Source: Candidatus Latescibacterota bacterium (GTDB lineage: Bacteria; Latescibacterota; UBA2968; GCA-2709665). From it: a stretch of DNA of 64,000 bases. The position numbers were made by a program, and so were the translations under genes. Shown piece after piece: positions 19,179-29,105 of this stretch. Location: positions 1,344,001 to 1,408,000 of the forward strand of contig OZ220733.1 of the NCBI GenBank assembly GCA_965116875.1. The letters are read 5' to 3'. Position 1 is the stretch's first letter. Every line of letters begins with the position of its first letter. Under the pieces are notes generated by a model, which was not told the DNA's origin, ran no database searches, and saw nothing but the letters and a program-made list of their open reading frames with translations.

Positions 19179-21584
19179 ATGTTCTATCGAATCCAGCCAT
19201 GGAGTCCGGCTGTCGCCCTGTTGATCTGTCTGTTTACGGTATCCGGCGCCGTGTCGGCCGGCGAGTTTACACTCACGATTCTGCACAACAACGACGCCGA
19301 GTCCCGGTTGATAAACGCCGGAGAGGGCCTGGAAGACTTCGGCGGCGCGGACCGATTCAAGACCCTGGCGGATCGGCTCAAAGCCGAAGCGCGAATGGAC
19401 GGCGGCGTGATCATGGTATCGTCGGGAGACAATTTCCTCGCAGGCCCGGAGTTTAACGTCAGCCTCCGGCGCCCCGAATCCTCCCCCTTCTACGACGCCC
19501 TCGCGATGGACCTGATCGGGTACGACGCCGTGTGTATCGGCAACCACGACTTCGACTTCGGACCGGACGTCCTGGTCAGGTTCATTTCCGGTTACAGTTT
19601 CACCCACCCGCCGTATCTCAGCGCCAACCTGGACTTCGGGGACGAACCGGGACTGGCGGAACTCGTCGCTTCCGGACGGGTCGCCGGGAGCGCGGTCGTC
19701 CAGGTCGACGGCGAACATATCGGCATCGTGGGCGCCACCACCCCGGACCTGGCGTTCATCTCCAGTCCGCGAAACGTGAGGGTGGACGGCGGGCTGCTGG
19801 AAGCCATCCAGGCCGAAGTGAACGGGCTGGCGCTGCGCGGGGTGCGTATCATTGTTCTGATCAGCCACCTCCAGTCCCTTGACAACGATCTGGAGCTGGC
19901 GCGTGAATTGCGGGGCGTGGACGTGGTGATCGCGGGCGGCGGCGACGACGTCCTGGCCAATCCGGGAACGCGTCTTGTTCCCGGCGACGAAGCCGTGATT
20001 TCCGGACCGTACCCATTAATCGAACAGGGCGCAGACGGAAACGACGTTCACGTTGTCACCACTGCCGGGAACTATCGCTACCTGGGCCGGTTCGTGGCCA
20101 GTTTCAATGCTGCCGGCGTCATTTCATCCGTCGACCGGGACGCCAGCGGCCCGGTGCGGGTGGCCGGGGGCGGCCACCCGGATGCCGTGGTCCCCGACGA
20201 GGACGTCCGGAACCGGGTTGTCGCCCCGGTCATCGATGCCCTCGCTTCCCTTGCTTCCAATCCGGTGGGAACGTCGGAAGTTGCGCTCGACGGCGTGAAG
20301 AGCAGGATCCGGACCCGGGAGACCAACGAAGGCAACCTGGTGGCAGACGCCCTCCGGTGGCAATGCGCGCAACTCGCTTCGTCATTCGGCGTTCCCGTTC
20401 CTCAGGTGGGAATTTTGAACGGAGGGGGCATACGCAACGCCAGCGAGATTCCGGCCGGCGTGATATCCGAACTCACGCCCTTCAACATACTGCCGTTCCC
20501 CAACTTCGTCGCCGTTGTGCCCGAAATACCTGCGGCACGATTCAGGGAAATCATGGAGAACGCGGTTTCGAAGGTGGAACGCACCTCGGGGCGATTCGCC
20601 CAGATTTCGGGCTTCACGATGGTCTGGAATCCGGACGGCGTCGCTCAGGAACTGGATGAGAGTGGAAACGTCACGCAACGCGGCGGCCGCATTGTGGAGA
20701 TCACCCTTGACTCGGGCGCCGGCATCGTCGAAAACGGAAACATCGTATCCGGTGCGCCGGATATTCACGTGGCAACCGTCGACTTCCTCGCCATGGGCGG
20801 TGACCAGTACCCCTATCGGGGCGCCCGCTTCACCCGTCTGGGCGTAACCTACCAGCAGGCGCTTGTCAGCTTCATCAGGGAAGGCCTCATGGGCCGGATC
20901 ACAGCGGCGGCCTATCCGGAAGGTGGACAGGGCCGGATTACCACCGGGCAACCGAAGCCCGCAAACGAGTCGGACGTCGCGAACCGCTCGGTCGTACACG
21001 TGTTCCTGACGCGAGACGGCGTGCCGTTGCCGGACGTGCGGGTCGAATTCTCACGTTCGATTTCCGGTCGCGCGCCGGATTACCGGTGGAGGGAAACAAC
21101 CGACGGCGAAGGCCGCGCCACCATAGAAATCCAACCTGAAAGCCGACGAAGCGTCTCGGGCTACTACGCGGTTCGTGCAGTGGAGATCGCGGGCAATACG
21201 ATCTCCAGATGGGAGAGCGTCCCGATCAACGGCGGACGGGAAATCACACTCCTCCTTCCGGCAGGCGGCGTCGCCCGCGTGGAGGAGGAACGATTGTTGG
21301 CCGCGGACGCCCTGGCGCTCTATCCGAATACGCCAAACCCGTTCAACCCCTCAACCCGGATCGGCTACCGGATTCCTGAAGCGGGGCAGGTCGATCTCAC
21401 GATCTACAATGTACTGGGTCAGCAGGTCCGGACTCTGGTACAGGACCACCAGAGCCGTGGCCCGTATGAGGTCCTTTGGGACGGAAAAGACGGGTTCGGA
21501 CGTACCGTTTCCAGCGGCGTTTATTTCTATCGGCTGGCGCATCCGGGCGGCGCACTCACCAAACGCATGCTCCTGGTCAAATAA
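19179..21584 (+). CDS. Secreted bifunctional metallophosphoesterase/5'-nucleotidase with C-terminal FlgD-Ig/T9SS-like tail
   Basis: Signal peptide; HNNDAES, SGDNF, GNHDFD, ETNEGNLVADA, NGGGIR, GRFAQISG; tail NTPNPFNPSTRIGY..WDGKD..VSSGVYFY..KRMLLVK. Confidence 0.88.
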   Translation: MFYRIQPWSPAVALLICLFTVSGAVSAGEFTLTILHNNDAESRLINAGEGLEDFGGADRFKTLADRLKAEARMDGGVIMVSSGDNFLAGPEFNVSLRRPESSPFYDALAMDLIGYDAVCIGNHDFDFGPDVLVRFISGYSFTHPPYLSANLDFGDEPGLAELVASGRVAGSAVVQVDGEHIGIVGATTPDLAFISSPRNVRVDGGLLEAIQAEVNGLALRGVRIIVLISHLQSLDNDLELARELRGVDVVIAGGGDDVLANPGTRLVPGDEAVISGPYPLIEQGADGNDVHVVTTAGNYRYLGRFVASFNAAGVISSVDRDASGPVRVAGGGHPDAVVPDEDVRNRVVAPVIDALASLASNPVGTSEVALDGVKSRIRTRETNEGNLVADALRWQCAQLASSFGVPVPQVGILNGGGIRNASEIPAGVISELTPFNILPFPNFVAVVPEIPAARFREIMENAVSKVERTSGRFAQISGFTMVWNPDGVAQELDESGNVTQRGGRIVEITLDSGAGIVENGNIVSGAPDIHVATVDFLAMGGDQYPYRGARFTRLGVTYQQALVSFIREGLMGRITAAAYPEGGQGRITTGQPKPANESDVANRSVVHVFLTRDGVPLPDVRVEFSRSISGRAPDYRWRETTDGEGRATIEIQPESRRSVSGYYAVRAVEIAGNTISRWESVPINGGREITLLLPAGGVARVEEERLLAADALALYPNTPNPFNPSTRIGYRIPEAGQVDLTIYNVLGQQVRTLVQDHQSRGPYEVLWDGKDGFGRTVSSGVYFYRLAHPGGALTKRMLLVK

Positions 21585-21638
21585 CCAACGCCCGGCGCAA
21601 ACCGGACTCGCATCGGCTGCTTTCCGCCTTCCGTTCTC

Positions 21639-21667
21639 TTGACGAAGCCGACCGTTTCCGGTATATT
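21639..21667 (+). promoter_or_regulatory. Sigma70-type promoter for the leader peptide/TonB-receptor locus
   Basis: TTGACG-N17-TATATT, 47 nt upstream of ATG 21715. Confidence 0.65.
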
Positions 21668-21714
21668 TCCAAACGGATCACGGAAAGTTCTGTACTCTTC
21701 CGGAGACGGTCGGG

Positions 21715-21990
21715 ATGTTTTATTCCCGCAGACGGATTCATCCTTTCGTCGTTTTCGCTCTGGCGATATTCGCGGCCTACCTTGCGGTTTTTCTGGTTGC
21801 CGCCTTCCCCGGACACGATCACGATCACCAATGTACTGTCTGCGCCTGGTTCAACAACCTGAGCGTAAGTCTGCCGGCAGTGCTGGTGTTGCAACTTTGC
21901 TTTCTGTATTTCGGACAGGGTTTTTCCTCGTTCCGCTCCCCGCGCTCTTCCCTCCTTCTGCCAGACGGACGCGCACCGCCCGTGTCCTGA
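21715..21990 (+). CDS. DUF2946/CruR-like leader peptide (TM helix, HDHDHQCTVC, C-terminal RAPP)
   Basis: 91 aa: hydrophobic N-terminus, His-rich plus CxxC motif, ends GRAPPVS; lies upstream of a TonB-dependent receptor. Confidence 0.78.
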   Translation: MFYSRRRIHPFVVFALAIFAAYLAVFLVAAFPGHDHDHQCTVCAWFNNLSVSLPAVLVLQLCFLYFGQGFSSFRSPRSSLLLPDGRAPPVS

Positions 21991-22304
21991 TCCATCCTCT
22001 CGTGTCTTTATGACGCCCCTCAGTACTTCCGGTGTTTTTCAACTAGATCGTTCCGGGTCGGCCCCGGCTCAAACCCAGGCCTGAAGAAATGTGGCCCGGT
22101 CTTGCCTGCGGGCAGACTCTCGGAACCGCGTATCACGTATTCCCGCCCCTCTTCGGGTCAGGCTGCATCCGCAAAGGCGGATAACCGGCCCCGCAAATCT
22201 GCGTGTCGGCAACCTGCCGGCACAACCGCAGTTCGTCTGCCACACAGGCGGATGTTCATGCGTTTTTCGGGCGAAGTGACATTCTGGTACACAGGAGAAC
22301 ATTA

Positions 22305-23558
22305 ATGTTCAGCATTCTGAAGATGAAAACCTCCCTTCACTGGATTGCAACGGCGGCGTTTGTTGCCGTGTTTCTGTCCGGTTGTGGAAAAGATGACCCC
22401 GTTACGCCACAGGAAGAGCATTACGAAGCCGAGGGCCTCGTCCTCCTGGACTCCGGCCAGCGGTTCTTCAGGTATTTCCAGGGCAGGATCGACTCGGGCG
22501 ACGGCCGGGCGGAAGCCCTGGAAGTCACTCACGGCGAAGTGACCAGCAAGTGGAGCATCCGCTTCCTGGACAAGGACGGAAATGAAATGGCGCCCCCCAC
22601 CGGCGATGGCTTCACCTTCACGTGGGAAATTGCGGACCGGGATATTGTGGAAGTCGTCCAGGACGAGGGGGAAGCGGGCAAATTCGTCTTCGCCCTGCGC
22701 GGCCTCGAAGATGGCGAAACCACCATCAGACTTCAGATTTCGCACGAAGGGCACGTGGACTTCACCACGCTGCCGCTTCCGGTACACGTGGTCGGAGAAT
22801 TCGAGGCGGAAGGGATTGTTATCATCGAATCCGGCGTTCGGTTCTTCCGATATTTCCAGGGCGAGATCGACTCCGGCGAGGGTCGGGTATCGGAACTCAT
22901 GGCCCCGATCGGCCTGACGCCTCACTGGCGCATCATGTTTCTGGATGAACACGGAGACGAAATCGACCCGCCGGACGATCCCGAATTCACGTTCGGCTGG
23001 ACCATTGCCGATCCCGACATACTCGAAGTCCACCAGGACGAGGGCGACGAGGGTTCATTCGACTTCCACCTGCGCGGCCTGCATGAGGGCGAGACCACCA
23101 TTGTATTCGAAGTCAGACACGAAGGCCACGTTGACTACCGCACACAGCCCATTCCCGTACACGTGGAGTCACAGGAGGGTCAGCACGAGGAACCCGTTGG
23201 CGTTCGGCTCAAGGAGGAAGACAGCGGTGAGTTGCTCACACAGGCGCCCCTCGAGGGAGAAGGCACGGCCACCGAGGACCTGACTGTCGCCGTCGGCGAT
23301 ACAACCGACCACATCGCAGCGTTCTTCTTTGACGAACACGACGTTGAATTCCAGCCGGAAGCGCCCGACGAGACGCTGGGGATTGCGGTGGCCGACACGT
23401 CATTGCTGGCCATCGATCCGCCTGTGGCGCCGGAATACTGGGCCTTCAGACTCATCGGCAAGAAGGCCGGCACAACCACCATAACCCTTTCCATTCTCCA
23501 CGACGATGAGGCGGAAGCCGAATTCGCGCCCATTTCGGTGGCGGTCACCGCACCGTAG
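22305..23558 (+). CDS. Acidic lipoprotein with three tandem Ig-like repeats carrying HEGH motifs (putative metal-binding)
   Basis: AGGAG RBS; lipobox LSGC; repeats EAEG..RFFRYFQG..HEGHVD(F/Y)..PVHV. Confidence 0.8.
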   Translation: MFSILKMKTSLHWIATAAFVAVFLSGCGKDDPVTPQEEHYEAEGLVLLDSGQRFFRYFQGRIDSGDGRAEALEVTHGEVTSKWSIRFLDKDGNEMAPPTGDGFTFTWEIADRDIVEVVQDEGEAGKFVFALRGLEDGETTIRLQISHEGHVDFTTLPLPVHVVGEFEAEGIVIIESGVRFFRYFQGEIDSGEGRVSELMAPIGLTPHWRIMFLDEHGDEIDPPDDPEFTFGWTIADPDILEVHQDEGDEGSFDFHLRGLHEGETTIVFEVRHEGHVDYRTQPIPVHVESQEGQHEEPVGVRLKEEDSGELLTQAPLEGEGTATEDLTVAVGDTTDHIAAFFFDEHDVEFQPEAPDETLGIAVADTSLLAIDPPVAPEYWAFRLIGKKAGTTTITLSILHDDEAEAEFAPISVAVTAP

Positions 23559-23623
23559 CAGAAAGCGCGGCGGGAGGGTTGTTCTCGCCCTCCCGCCATC
23601 CGCAACACGGGAGCACATTTCAA

Positions 23624-25899
23624 ATGGCCGGCTTGTTCAGGATATCGGATCTGCAGCCGGGTGACGGCTCCGGCCACCGTTCCGCCATCCGGCTGCACTT
23701 TATCCGGGCGATCCTCGCGGTGCTGTCCGTGGCCTGTCTGGCAGGGTCCGGCTCGGCAACTCAGGCCGTATTGATCGAAGGGTATGTCTTCGACGGCGAG
23801 ACCGGACTCCCCGTCTGGAACGTGAACGTCAAGCCCGCAGATCACTCCCCCGGCGCGTCTACGGACGAAAAAGGCCGGTTCGTGCTCCATCTGTCACCGG
23901 GTGACTATCGGCTTTCACTTTCGCACGTCGGCTATCAGGAAACGAACCACGAACTGAACGTCTCGGGTGCGAAGCATCCCGTTGTCTATCTGGAACTGGC
24001 GCGGCTGGATCACCGGCTGGACCCCATCGACGTTGTTGCCGAACGCGCTGAAACCCGATTTGAGGAACTGCACGAGGCCACCCGGGTGCTTTCGGGCGAC
24101 GAACTCAGGAAGAAATACAGCATCACGTTGGCCGAGACCATGAAGAACGAACTCGGCGTTGCCATCCGGAGCATGGGGCCGGCGCCGGCCCGCCCCGTCA
24201 TCCGCGGGCTCAGCGGCGACCGGGTACAGATCAACGTCGACGGCATTCAGTCTCAGGACCTTTCCGCAACGTCGGCTGACCATGCGGTAACCGTCGAGAC
24301 GTTCAACGCGGAACGCCTGGAAATCATCCGCGGACCCCGCACGCTGCTGCACACCTCCACGGCCGGCGGCGGCGTGATCAACGTCGTCAAGCACAGGATC
24401 CCCGAAACCCGGCCGGAGCGCTTCTTCGGGAGCGTGGGCGCCTACGGGGAAACAGCGAACCGGGGATATTTCTCGTCCGCCGCCCTCACCGCGCCCGTGG
24501 GTCCGTTCGCGATGCGCGCCGAGTCCACCTACCGGGATACCCGGGACATCCAGACCCCGGTCGGCCGGCTTGCCAACACGCCCATCAACACCCGCACATA
24601 TGCCCTCGGCGTGTCCTACGCGGGCGACCGGGGGTACGTCGGCGGATCATTCGATCAATTCGAGACTCAGTACGGCATTCCGGGCGGATTCATCGGCGCC
24701 CATCCCAACGGCGCGGACCTCGATATCATCCGTCGGGTCTTCGATGGAAAGGCTGTCTATCGGTTCGTCCACGGAACGGCAGACAGAATCGAGGCGGGCT
24801 TCACGAAGGCCTATTACTACCACGTCGAATACGAGTCGAGCGGCAGCATCGGATCCGAGTTTCTCTTTCATGACTACAGCGGCGATCTCAAACTCACCTG
24901 AACACGGGAAACAAGGAGCAAAACACCGTACTCACCGCCGGCTTCGAACACCGCAATCTCAAGCTGGGCGCTTTCGTCTTCACCCCGCCCACCCGAAAGC
25001 AGGACGTCAACTTCGGGCTGTATCACGAAACTGCCTGGCGCAATATCGAACTGCAGGCCGCGGCGCGTTACGCCTATGCCACTTTCGACCCGCGCCTACA
25101 GGCGGTCACCAACGCGAACCTGGACATCGACCGCACCTTCCATACATGGTCCGCGGCATTCAGTCCGCTCGTGCCGATTACCGGCCAGCTGACGGCCGGC
25201 TTCAGCCTCAGCCGCTCCCAGCGCGCGCCCACCATCGAGGAACTCTACAACGAAGGACCGCACCTGGCCGCTTACACCTTTGAGAAGGGCAACGTGGAAC
25301 TCAATGCCGAACGCAGTTTCGGCGCGGAGGCGTTCTTCCACTACCTCCAGCCGGGATTCGACCTGGTCTTCACCGGATTCTGGAACGAGTTCGGCAATTA
25401 CATCGCGCCGCGAAATACGGGAGAAATCAACTTTGCTCAGCTTCTTCCCATCTACGCCGCGGAAGGGATAGACGCGAGAATGGCCGGGGTGGAAACCCAC
25501 CTGAAATGGCGTCCGAACGCACGCCTGGAACTCGAGATGAACCTGAGCCACGTGCGCGGCGAAAACCGGGACGACCGTATGCCCCTTCCGGAAATGCCGC
25601 CGCTCAAGTTCGTCGGCAGCGCAGCCTACAGGCACCCCTGGCTAACCGGGGGAGGGACCATGGAGTGGGCCGCGGGGCAGGAGCGTGTGGATACCTATGA
25701 AGACCCCACCGACGGCTATTCCGTCTTGGGCATGTACATTCAGCGCGATTTCGTCGCGAATCGGGCTCGCCACAGCTTTATCCTGTCCCTCGAGAATCTC
25801 TTCGACACGGAATACCGCAACCACCTGTCGCGCATCCGCTCCGTGATGCCCGAAACCGGACGCAGCCTTAAACTGAACTACAAGATGTATTTCTTCTAA
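23624..25899 (+). pseudogene. ZnuD-like TonB-dependent receptor split by a 1-nt frameshift near 24898 (pseudogene or sequencing error)
   Basis: N-terminal carboxypeptidase-regulatory-like domain, plug RPVIRGLSGDRV..SADHAV..EIIRGP; after TGA at 24899-24901 the -1 frame is open to RAPTIEELYNEGPH..ENLFDTEYRNHLS..PETGRSLKLNYKMYFF. Confidence 0.85.
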
Positions 25900-25923
25900 C
25901 GTCCGCTCAGCGTCAACAGAAAA

Positions 25924-25975
25924 CCAAAGAAGTCAACCCCGTGTCACTTGTTGAACACGGGGTTGACTTCTTTGG
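25924..25975. terminator. Long hairpin between convergent genes, probable bidirectional terminator
   Basis: Perfect 21-bp stem CCAAAGAAGTCAACCCCGTGT / ACACGGGGTTGACTTCTTTGG, 10-nt loop. Confidence 0.8.
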
Positions 25976-26020
25976 ACCTGTTTGTCTACTCACAGCTGAC
26001 GCCCGGCCGCAATCCCCTCC

Positions 26021-26767
26021 TTAGTTTTTCCCCAGCATCTCCCTCCGCATCACGCGTTCCACGATGCGCGGACTCCAGGTACCCAGAAGAGCCGCCGTGC
26101 GGTTTCCGAAACCCGGAACGAGCAGGCGTTTTCGCTTCCCGATGCCGCGAAGGATCGCCTCCGCCAGGTCTTCAGGCGGCATGCGTTTTTCCTCTCGCGA
26201 ATTGTCGGGGCTGTACCGGCGGGCATGCGCTGTACGTGTCGGTCCCGGAAAGACCGTCATAACGTGTATATCGCGCGGGGCAAGCCCGACGGAGAGACTT
26301 CGTGCGTATGACGCCAGCCCGCTCTTGGTTGCCGCGTACGCCGCGGCGCCCGGATAGCTCACGTAGTGCGAGAGAGAGGAGACGAAAACGAGGGATCCGC
26401 CGGGCACAATGCGGTTTGCCTCCAGCAGTCTCGCCGTCAACGCCATGGGCGCCTCGAAGTTTACCGCGACCACCTGCTCCAGATCCGTCAAACCCACGCG
26501 GGGAAACCGTCCCACGGCGTTGATCCCCGCGTTGTGAATGAGTACGTCGATCGGGTCCATCGAGCCCAGTTGATCGTGAACGCGCACAACGCCCGATGGG
26601 GTACCCAGATCGGCAATGACAAATCGCGCGCCCAGCTCCGGCTCGAGACCCGCGGCGCCTTTTGCATCCACGTCTACGCCGGTTACGGAATACCCGGCAC
26701 GAACAAGCCTGCGTGCGAGCGACTCGCCAATTCCATTCGCCGCGCCTGTTATGACCGCGTGTTTCAT
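26021..26767 (-). CDS. Short-chain dehydrogenase/reductase
   Basis: ITGAANGIG, HNAG, YAATK; ATG overlaps the upstream stop. Confidence 0.9.
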   Translation of the reverse strand: MKHAVITGAANGIGESLARRLVRAGYSVTGVDVDAKGAAGLEPELGARFVIADLGTPSGVVRVHDQLGSMDPIDVLIHNAGINAVGRFPRVGLTDLEQVVAVNFEAPMALTARLLEANRIVPGGSLVFVSSLSHYVSYPGAAAYAATKSGLASYARSLSVGLAPRDIHVMTVFPGPTRTAHARRYSPDNSREEKRMPPEDLAEAILRGIGKRKRLLVPGFGNRTAALLGTWSPRIVERVMRREMLGKN

Positions 26768-27516
26768 TTCGCCTGCCTTCGCATCAAGGCTTCGATTGCG
26801 CCGTTGCAATAACGCCCGCAGAATCTCAGACATTTGTTTCTCAAGCCGATGGTAACAACGGATCGGCGTCCGTCGATCGCTCGCGCAATCTGCATGGCGA
26901 CCCGTTCCGGCGGCGGGAAGGTTCCGGAATCTCCGTCCCGCCATCCGGACTTTCGATGAATGCCCGTTTGCGTCGCCCCCGGATGTATGACCTGCACGTT
27001 CACGTCGCCCTCGACGCGCAGATTGCGCCCGAAGACGTCGAGCGCTTCTTTGGTTGCCGCATATACGGCGAATTCGGGACACGGGAACGCATGGGCGATG
27101 GAGCCGATGAGTACGTGCTTGCCGCCGGTTTTCTTCACGTGCGGTACCAGCGCGTGCGTCAGGCGCATCGGCGCCAGAAGATTGACGGCGACGATCTCAC
27201 GGATGCCGGCGACGGACTGGTCGGCCACGGAACCATGGTATCCCGTTGCCGCGTTCTGAATCGCCAGGTCCAGTGATCTTATCTTCCGCGAATTCAAGAA
27301 CGAACACACCTGATCCGCGCAATCCTGCTTCGACAGGTCCGCCTCGCAATAGGTCTCTTCGCTGTAGAGTCCTCCCTTGAGCGAATCCAGCGGTCGCCTG
27401 CCCACCAGCACCAGCCGCACGTCGCGCGCGCGGTAGATTTCCGCGAGCACCCGGCCAATGCCGTCCGTGGCGCCCGTAATCAGCACGGTTTTCCTATCCC
27501 CCGTCATGACAGACAT
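26764..27516 (-). CDS. Short-chain dehydrogenase/reductase
   Basis: ITGATDGIG, QNAA, YAATK; AAGGA upstream of ATG 27516. Confidence 0.9.
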   Translation of the reverse strand: MSVMTGDRKTVLITGATDGIGRVLAEIYRARDVRLVLVGRRPLDSLKGGLYSEETYCEADLSKQDCADQVCSFLNSRKIRSLDLAIQNAATGYHGSVADQSVAGIREIVAVNLLAPMRLTHALVPHVKKTGGKHVLIGSIAHAFPCPEFAVYAATKEALDVFGRNLRVEGDVNVQVIHPGATQTGIHRKSGWRDGDSGTFPPPERVAMQIARAIDGRRSVVTIGLRNKCLRFCGRYCNGAIEALMRRQAK

Positions 27517-27635
27517 GCTACATCCTTCGTCGCGTCTGTGCCCGATCCGGTTGATCGCGTACAGCCGGGGTCCTGGCCTGTACAGTATTGACCGTCCCAT
27601 CCAGGGCTTGCCCCGCGACCGTCGAAATCCTATCT

Positions 27636-27742
27636 TTAACCTTGATTCATCATTTTTCGGGGATGTTAATTCGAATATGTGTCAGTTAAAAAGGCGATTC
27701 AACTGCTGATTACCAGGATACACCAGGACACTGTACGTGAAC
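27636..27742 (-). repeat. Dispersed intergenic element (family C), copy 2
   Basis: Reverse complement GTTCACGTACAGTGTCCTGGTGTATCCTGG..AATCGCCTTTT..GAATCAAGGTTAA aligns to the other two copies. Confidence 0.8.
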
Positions 27743-27915
27743 GAAAAAAATGTCCTTCATGACGACCATTTCGGCCCGTTTCGAAAGGTTTCGTCGCGGT
27801 GCCGCGTTGCGGCTTGTGGGGAATTGAGGTTAACAGCCCGTTGAGGTTTTTTCGGATTGAGTCATGTCCCTGTTACGATCGCAAAATGACGGAAAGGAGG
27901 CGTCCGGGCGGCTTA

Positions 27916-28077
27916 GAAGCTGTCTTAAAATTCCCAGCGGTCTTCGCGCGGCTGCAAAAGCGCCGGTCGGCGTTGGTCAAATCCACCCGTATAGACAAAT
28001 ATGGGCGGATTTTCCCGCCTTGACCGCCACTTTTTCGCTCACGCTCGGGAACTCACGGGTTATTTTAAAACAACTTC
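27916..28077 (+). mobile_element. MITE family A, copy 1 (~162 bp)
   Basis: Terminal inverted repeats GAAGCTGTCTTAAAAT / ATTTTAAAACAACTTC, flanked by TA; near-identical reversed copy at 36673-36834. Confidence 0.85.
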
Positions 28078-28115
28078 TATGAGTCATGGTCGACCCGGAG
28101 CAAAAAGACCCGACG

Positions 28116-29075
28116 ATGAATAACCCGCAGATGTTGACCGAGAAAGTGAACGACGAGCGGGCCTGGCGGGCGGATCGCATCGATGATTCCGCATCCTGGA
28201 ACTACCCGTTGTCCGGGGATTATCTCTCCGGCTGTGAGCGCATCGTACGCGAAGTTCGGGGTCGTGACTTGCCGGTTACGGAGATTCCCCGCCAGGGCGT
28301 GTCTTTAACTCACGGCGGAGAGTGCCTCCGGCCCGTACTCGACGCTCTCAGATCGGGGCGTGGATTTGCCATCGTGAATCGCGTGCCGGTCAACGGGTGT
28401 GCACCGGACGAAGCGCAGTCGATGTACTGGATGACCGGCGAGTGTCTTGGCGCCCCCATGGAGCAGAATATAGAGGGAACGGTATTGTACGACGTCCGTG
28501 ATACGGGCAGGAACGTGACACAGGGAGCCAGGTTTTCCGTGACCAATGCGGAGAGTACGTTTCACAACGACAATGCCTTCGGTGCATCGCTGCCCGACAT
28601 CGTGGGGCTGCTCTGCCTGCGTACGGCGAAGTCCGGCGGACAGAGTCAGCTGATCAGCGGTTACGCCCTTCACAATGAACTCCTGGAAAATCACCCGGAC
28701 GTCCTGGAGACCCTCTATCAGCGATTCTATTTCGATCGTCGGGGACAGCACAGTTCCGGAGACTCACCCACGTCTCATTTCCCGGTTTTTCGATGGAACC
28801 GGGGTGAATTGACGATCCGATACCTGTACTATTACATCCAGGTGGGTCACGAGCGCGCCGGCAAACCGCTGACCGTCGAACAGAGTGGCGCACTGGAAGT
28901 TGTAGAAGCGTTGCTTCGCCGCGCGGAATTCAGGGTGGAGTTCAGCCTGCAACCCGGGCAGATGCTTTTTACGAACAACCGCTGGATACTTCACAACCGC
29001 ACCGCATTCGAGGACGATGCCGACCCCGCACGTCGAAGGCACTATGTGCGACTCTGGTTACGGTACCGGAACTGA
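28116..29075 (+). CDS. TauD/TfdA-family Fe(II)/2-oxoglutarate dioxygenase
   Basis: FHND (HxD), LLCLRTAKSGGQS, NNRWILHNRTAF, RHYVRLWL; start 28086 or 28116. Confidence 0.88.
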   Translation: MNNPQMLTEKVNDERAWRADRIDDSASWNYPLSGDYLSGCERIVREVRGRDLPVTEIPRQGVSLTHGGECLRPVLDALRSGRGFAIVNRVPVNGCAPDEAQSMYWMTGECLGAPMEQNIEGTVLYDVRDTGRNVTQGARFSVTNAESTFHNDNAFGASLPDIVGLLCLRTAKSGGQSQLISGYALHNELLENHPDVLETLYQRFYFDRRGQHSSGDSPTSHFPVFRWNRGELTIRYLYYYIQVGHERAGKPLTVEQSGALEVVEALLRRAEFRVEFSLQPGQMLFTNNRWILHNRTAFEDDADPARRRHYVRLWLRYRN

Positions 29076-29105
29076 CGGATCCGGTTTGCAGAAAGCGGTC
29101 GCCTG

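Noticed and set aside
24885-24901. Programmed -1 ribosomal frameshift in the TonB receptor
   Set aside because: No X XXY YYZ slippery site at the junction; mutation or sequencing error is simpler
26768-27082. Extension or fusion of the two SDR genes
   Set aside because: They are separate ORFs in different frames coupled by an ATGA overlap, each with its own Rossmann motif
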